This document shows, piece by piece, positions 33,575-36,927 of a DNA stretch of 36,927 bases (positions within the stretch are counted from its first letter, which is position 1; each line of letters opens with the position of its first letter). This stretch comes from Dehalococcoidia bacterium. Lineage in GTDB: Bacteria; Chloroflexota; Dehalococcoidia; SZUA-161; SpSt-899. The notes below the pieces were generated by a model. The model was not told the DNA's origin and searched no databases. It was given only the letters and a program-made list of their open reading frames with translations. The DNA lies in NCBI GenBank assembly GCA_023271215.1, contig JALPYG010000003.1, positions 1-36,927 of the forward strand. The letters run 5' to 3'. The translations under genes and the position numbers were made by a program.

Positions 33575-34486
33575 TATAAAGTCCAACCAGTGGTAGTATC
33601 GCTCGTCCTTGCCTCTGACAATGTCGAAGAACTTGGCCTGAATCCTGGCCGTCAACTCTCCGCGGCCGCCGTTGCCGATGACCCTTCCATCAACTTCCCT
33701 GATAGGCGTCACCTCCGCGGCTGTTCCGGTAAGGAAGGCCTCATCGGCCAGGAAGAGTTCTTCACGCGATATATCCCTGCTGACAAAGGGAATGCCCATG
33801 TCTCTGGCAATGGTTATCGCCGAGTCCATGGTGATTCCCGAGAGTGCGCCGGCGCTCAGAGGAGGCGTAATAAGCGTGCCATTCTTGATGATGAATAGAT
33901 TCTCCCCCGCACCTTCGCATACCTGTCCGGCGAGGTTGAGCATTATCGCTTCATCGTAGCCACACTCCTGGGCCTCCAGAACAGCGAGCACTGAATTGCC
34001 ATAATTGGCGCTGGCCTTTGCCTGCGGCGGCAGCATACGGGAATCTATCCGCAGCCACGAGGATATCTTGCACCGAATCCCTTTCTCCATCCCCTCGACC
34101 CCCAGATAGGCTCCCCATTCCCAGGCAACGAGCGAAACGTCCACCGGATTCTGGCCAGGATTAACTCCCATCTCACCGACCCCGTAGTAGGCGATCGGAC
34201 GTATATAGCATTCTTTGAAGCCGTTGGCCTTGACGACCTGTCTCACCGCGATGCACAACTCATCAACGGAATAAGGCATATTCATCTGGTATATCTTGGC
34301 GCTATCAGCCAGCCTTTGCATGTGGTCTCTCGGCCGGAAAAGCGCCGAACCTCTGGTGGTTTCATAACACCTCACACTCTCGAACACCGCTGTGCCGTAG
34401 TGCAGCGCGTGAGTCAAGACATGAACCCTTGCCTCACCCCAGGGGATGAGTTCCCCGTTTAGCCAGATTTTTTCTGCTTTTTCCAT
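33572..34486 (-). CDS. ilvE: Branched-chain amino acid aminotransferase
   Basis: HALHYGTAVFES, YIRP, AKASANY (PLP Lys), EGAGENLF, LSGIT, FLTGTAAEVTPI; ATG 34486 with SD AGGAGG. Confidence 0.95.
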   Translation of the reverse strand: MEKAEKIWLNGELIPWGEARVHVLTHALHYGTAVFESVRCYETTRGSALFRPRDHMQRLADSAKIYQMNMPYSVDELCIAVRQVVKANGFKECYIRPIAYYGVGEMGVNPGQNPVDVSLVAWEWGAYLGVEGMEKGIRCKISSWLRIDSRMLPPQAKASANYGNSVLAVLEAQECGYDEAIMLNLAGQVCEGAGENLFIIKNGTLITPPLSAGALSGITMDSAITIARDMGIPFVSRDISREELFLADEAFLTGTAAEVTPIREVDGRVIGNGGRGELTARIQAKFFDIVRGKDERYYHWLDFI

Positions 34487-34520
34487 GTCACCCTCCTGAC
34501 AGGAGCCTCTCACTGCTCTC

Positions 34521-34562
34521 ATTATAGCATAGGTTTACAAAAAGGTGGAAATCAGTTATAAT
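34521..34562. promoter_or_regulatory. Divergent promoters for nfeD (+) and ilvE (-)
   Basis: Plus strand TTTACA (34534-34539)-17-TATAAT (34557-34562); minus strand TGCTATAAT (34529-34521). Confidence 0.7.
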
Positions 34563-34606
34563 GGAAGTTGAATGGGAGATACTGGTGGATTTGACGGAGG
34601 CATGCA

Positions 34607-35893
34607 ATGAGAAAATGTATGCGCATTTTCTTTCTATTGATCTTTATCCTGGGCATTCTATCCGCGGGAATGGCCAGTGCTGCTTCCCCGGTTATTCACG
34701 TGCTCCAGGTTGACGGAATCATCGTCCCGGTGGTGGCCGATTTTATCGACCAGGGAATCACCGAGGCCGAGGACCGCGGGGCCGCCGCACTGGTGATTAA
34801 GCTGAATACCCCTGGTGGTACAGTTCCCCCCACCAGAGACATCGTAGAGCGAATCCTCGCTGCTCGAGTGCCGGTGGTGGTCTATGTCGACCGCTGGGCC
34901 GGCTCTGCAGGCACCTTTATCACCCTGGCTTCCCACGTAGCGGCGATGGCACCGGGCAGTAATATCGGCGCAGCTACCCCCGTAGCATTGGGGGAGGGCG
35001 AGGTGCCAGACGAGGCACAACGAAAAGCGATTGAGGATGCGGCCGCTTGGATCAGAAGCATCGCCGAAATGCGCGGTCGCAACCCTGAGCAGGCTGACTT
35101 GACCGTCACCGAAGGTAAGTCTTTTACCGATAGCGAAGCCTTAGAGGCTAACCTCATCGATCTGCGGGCCGACAGCCTCCAGGATCTTATCTCGCAGCTT
35201 GACGGGATGGAGGTAACAATTCACGGAGAGGAGATAATCCTTAACACCGAAGAGTACGTACTGGATGAAATCGAGATGACCCTCGTCCAGCGCTTTCTCC
35301 ATGCGATAAGCGATCCCAATATCGCCTATACTCTCCTGAGCATTGGCTTGCTGGGGCTCACATTGGAGCTTTACAGCCCGGGCACCATCTTTCCCGGTGT
35401 AGTAGGTGCCATCAGCCTTCTGCTGGCATTCTATTCTCTGGCGATGCTCGAGGCCTACTGGGCGGGGATTATCCTGATCCTGCTTGCATTTGCTCTCTTT
35501 GCGACCGAGGTGTTCGTTGCCAGCGGGGGTCTGCTCACCGCCGGGGGGTTGGCGGCGCTGATATTCGGGTCTTTAATACTGTTCGATGGGCGGCCAGCGA
35601 TGCTCGATATAGACTGGTGGCTCATCGCCATTGTAGCGGTCAGCGTCGGAGCTTTCTTTATCTTTGTGGTTCAGGCGGTGGTGCGCACCCAGCGCCGCAA
35701 GCAACCGACGGGGCAAGAAGGGCTCATCGGCATGGTAGCAGAGGTCAAGAGTGCGCTAAATCCCAGGGGGACCGTGTTCGTACACGGTGAACTCTGGGAG
35801 GCTATACTGGATGAGGGACAGGCCGATCCCGGAGAGGAGGTAACGGTAACCGACGTAAGAGGTTTGAAACTCAGGGTGACCAAAAACAAATAG
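34607..35893 (+). CDS. nfeD: Long-form NfeD membrane-bound serine protease (ClpP class)
   Basis: Signal peptide, LNTPGG, AGSAGTFI, IGAATPV, GRN, multi-TM region, C-terminal OB fold (G.VFVHGELWEA). Confidence 0.92.
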   Translation: MRKCMRIFFLLIFILGILSAGMASAASPVIHVLQVDGIIVPVVADFIDQGITEAEDRGAAALVIKLNTPGGTVPPTRDIVERILAARVPVVVYVDRWAGSAGTFITLASHVAAMAPGSNIGAATPVALGEGEVPDEAQRKAIEDAAAWIRSIAEMRGRNPEQADLTVTEGKSFTDSEALEANLIDLRADSLQDLISQLDGMEVTIHGEEIILNTEEYVLDEIEMTLVQRFLHAISDPNIAYTLLSIGLLGLTLELYSPGTIFPGVVGAISLLLAFYSLAMLEAYWAGIILILLAFALFATEVFVASGGLLTAGGLAALIFGSLILFDGRPAMLDIDWWLIAIVAVSVGAFFIFVVQAVVRTQRRKQPTGQEGLIGMVAEVKSALNPRGTVFVHGELWEAILDEGQADPGEEVTVTDVRGLKLRVTKNK

Positions 35894-35904
35894 GAGGTCT
35901 GTAA

Positions 35905-36687
35905 ATGGAAGGTTTGATACTGGTGGTCATAATATTATTTGTGGCGCTGATAGTCATCACGTCGGCGGTGAGGATCGTCCGGCAGTATGAGCTGGGGGTG
36001 GTCCTCAGATTCGGCCGGTTGGTGGGAACCAAGAAGCCGGGGCTTCGGATCATCATCCCCTTCGTCGACGAGATGCGGAAGATAGACACTCGCACCGTTA
36101 CCATCGATGTCCCCTCCCAGGAGGTGCTTACCAGAGACAATGTGACCACGAGGGTTAACGCCGTGGTATTCCTGCGAGTGATGGACCCGGAAAAAGCGGT
36201 GGTGGATGTGTTCGACTTCAGAGTGGCAACCTACCAGATGGCCCAGACGACCTTGCGCAGTGTACTGGGGCAGCACGAGCTCGATGACTTGCTTTCTCAG
36301 AGGGACAAGCTGAATCAGATGTTGCGACAGATCATCGATGACGCCACCGATCCCTGGGGGGTCAAGGTAAGCAGTGTAGAGATCAAGGATGTGGAGCTTC
36401 CCGCAGGTATGCAGCGGGCCATGGCTGCTCAAGCGGAGACCGAACGGGAGAGAAGGGCGAAGATCATCCACGCCGAAGGCGAACTCCAGGCTTCCGAGAA
36501 ACTGGCCCGGGCCGGGAAGATCATCGGCGAGGAGCCAACAACCCTCCAGTTGCGCTATCTTCAGACCCTGACTGACATAGCTACCGAAAAGACGAATACC
36601 GTGATCTTTCCCCTGCCTCTGGATATACTCCGGGCATTCATGTCCGACAGGGCTAAACGGGGCAGGGCTAAACGGGGCGAAGAGTAA
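35905..36687 (+). CDS. SPFH/stomatin-like (slipin) protein
   Basis: N-terminal TM, VVLRFGR, QEVLTRDNV, AQTTLRSVLG, WGVKV, LQLRYLQTL; canonical nfeD partner. Confidence 0.93.
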   Translation: MEGLILVVIILFVALIVITSAVRIVRQYELGVVLRFGRLVGTKKPGLRIIIPFVDEMRKIDTRTVTIDVPSQEVLTRDNVTTRVNAVVFLRVMDPEKAVVDVFDFRVATYQMAQTTLRSVLGQHELDDLLSQRDKLNQMLRQIIDDATDPWGVKVSSVEIKDVELPAGMQRAMAAQAETERERRAKIIHAEGELQASEKLARAGKIIGEEPTTLQLRYLQTLTDIATEKTNTVIFPLPLDILRAFMSDRAKRGRAKRGEE

Positions 36688-36756
36688 CCTGCTTTACCAG
36701 CAACTACTCAGGTTCAAAGTGCCGCGGTTCACGGTTCAAGGTTGTGGCCCCCTGCG

Positions 36757-36786
36757 AATCCTTGTGGACGGCACAGGGATTTTTTT
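36757..36786 (+). terminator. Intrinsic terminator after nfeD-SPFH
   Basis: AATCCTTGTG-GACGG-CACAGGGATT stem followed by a T run (36780-36786). Confidence 0.75.
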
Positions 36787-36790
36787 GGGC

Positions 36791-36927
36791 GTAACTGTTC
36801 AGCCACTCTACGTCACCCTGACCCTGAACGCAGTGAGGGGGAAGGGTCTCTGAGATTCTTCGCGGAGCCTGTCCTGAGCGGAATGAGATTCTTCGCTGCG
36901 CTCAGAATGACAGAAGCGAAGGGCTCA
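36791..36927. repeat. Nested REP-like palindromes, cut by the window end
   Basis: GTAACTGTTCAGCC terminus, GTCACCCTGA..., two GAGATTCTTCGC copies, GCTCAGAATGACA; same style as 7796-7867. Confidence 0.7.

Noticed and set aside
15451-36471. Long antisense ORFs (e.g. 15451-16032, 19935-20522, 21489-22151, 28993-29673, 31804-32376, 35935-36471)
   Set aside because: Shadow frames of well-supported genes, with no motifs of their own.

Overview
Bacterial chromosomal window. Sigma70 promoters, Shine-Dalgarno sites, mfd and bacterial tRNAs support this; an anaerobic Chloroflexota/Dehalococcoidia-like host is only an inference. From left to right: (1) an IS4-family transposase with a small partner ORF, and a decayed IS701-like element with intact 17-bp IRs and a 6-bp target duplication; (2) a HIT hydrolase; (3) a paaX-led operon for a tungsten-type class II benzoyl-CoA reductase (bamB-C-D-fdhD-bamE-F-G-H-I), followed by an HdrA/GltD fusion flavoprotein, a frameshifted GxxExxY gene, a dienoyl-CoA hydratase-like crotonase and a decayed ADP-forming acyl-CoA ligase; (4) a minus-strand accessory block encoding an ESCRT-III-like (Vps2/Did2/CdvB-type) protein next to an MIT-domain Vps4-like ATPase and a PP2C phosphatase, behind broken toxin-antitoxin genes and a serine-recombinase relic; (5) a radical SAM/SPASM gene, tRNA(CAT), tRNA-Pro(GGG), mfd, ilvE, nfeD and a stomatin gene. 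The window carries many small palindromic elements built from 7-bp repeats. They supply the stop codons of about 11 genes and place a near-identical in-frame peptide cassette in two unrelated proteins. Best novelty candidates: the bacterial ESCRT-III + Vps4 + PP2C module and the gene-invading heptamer elements. All family calls come from motif recognition by eye; no searches were run.
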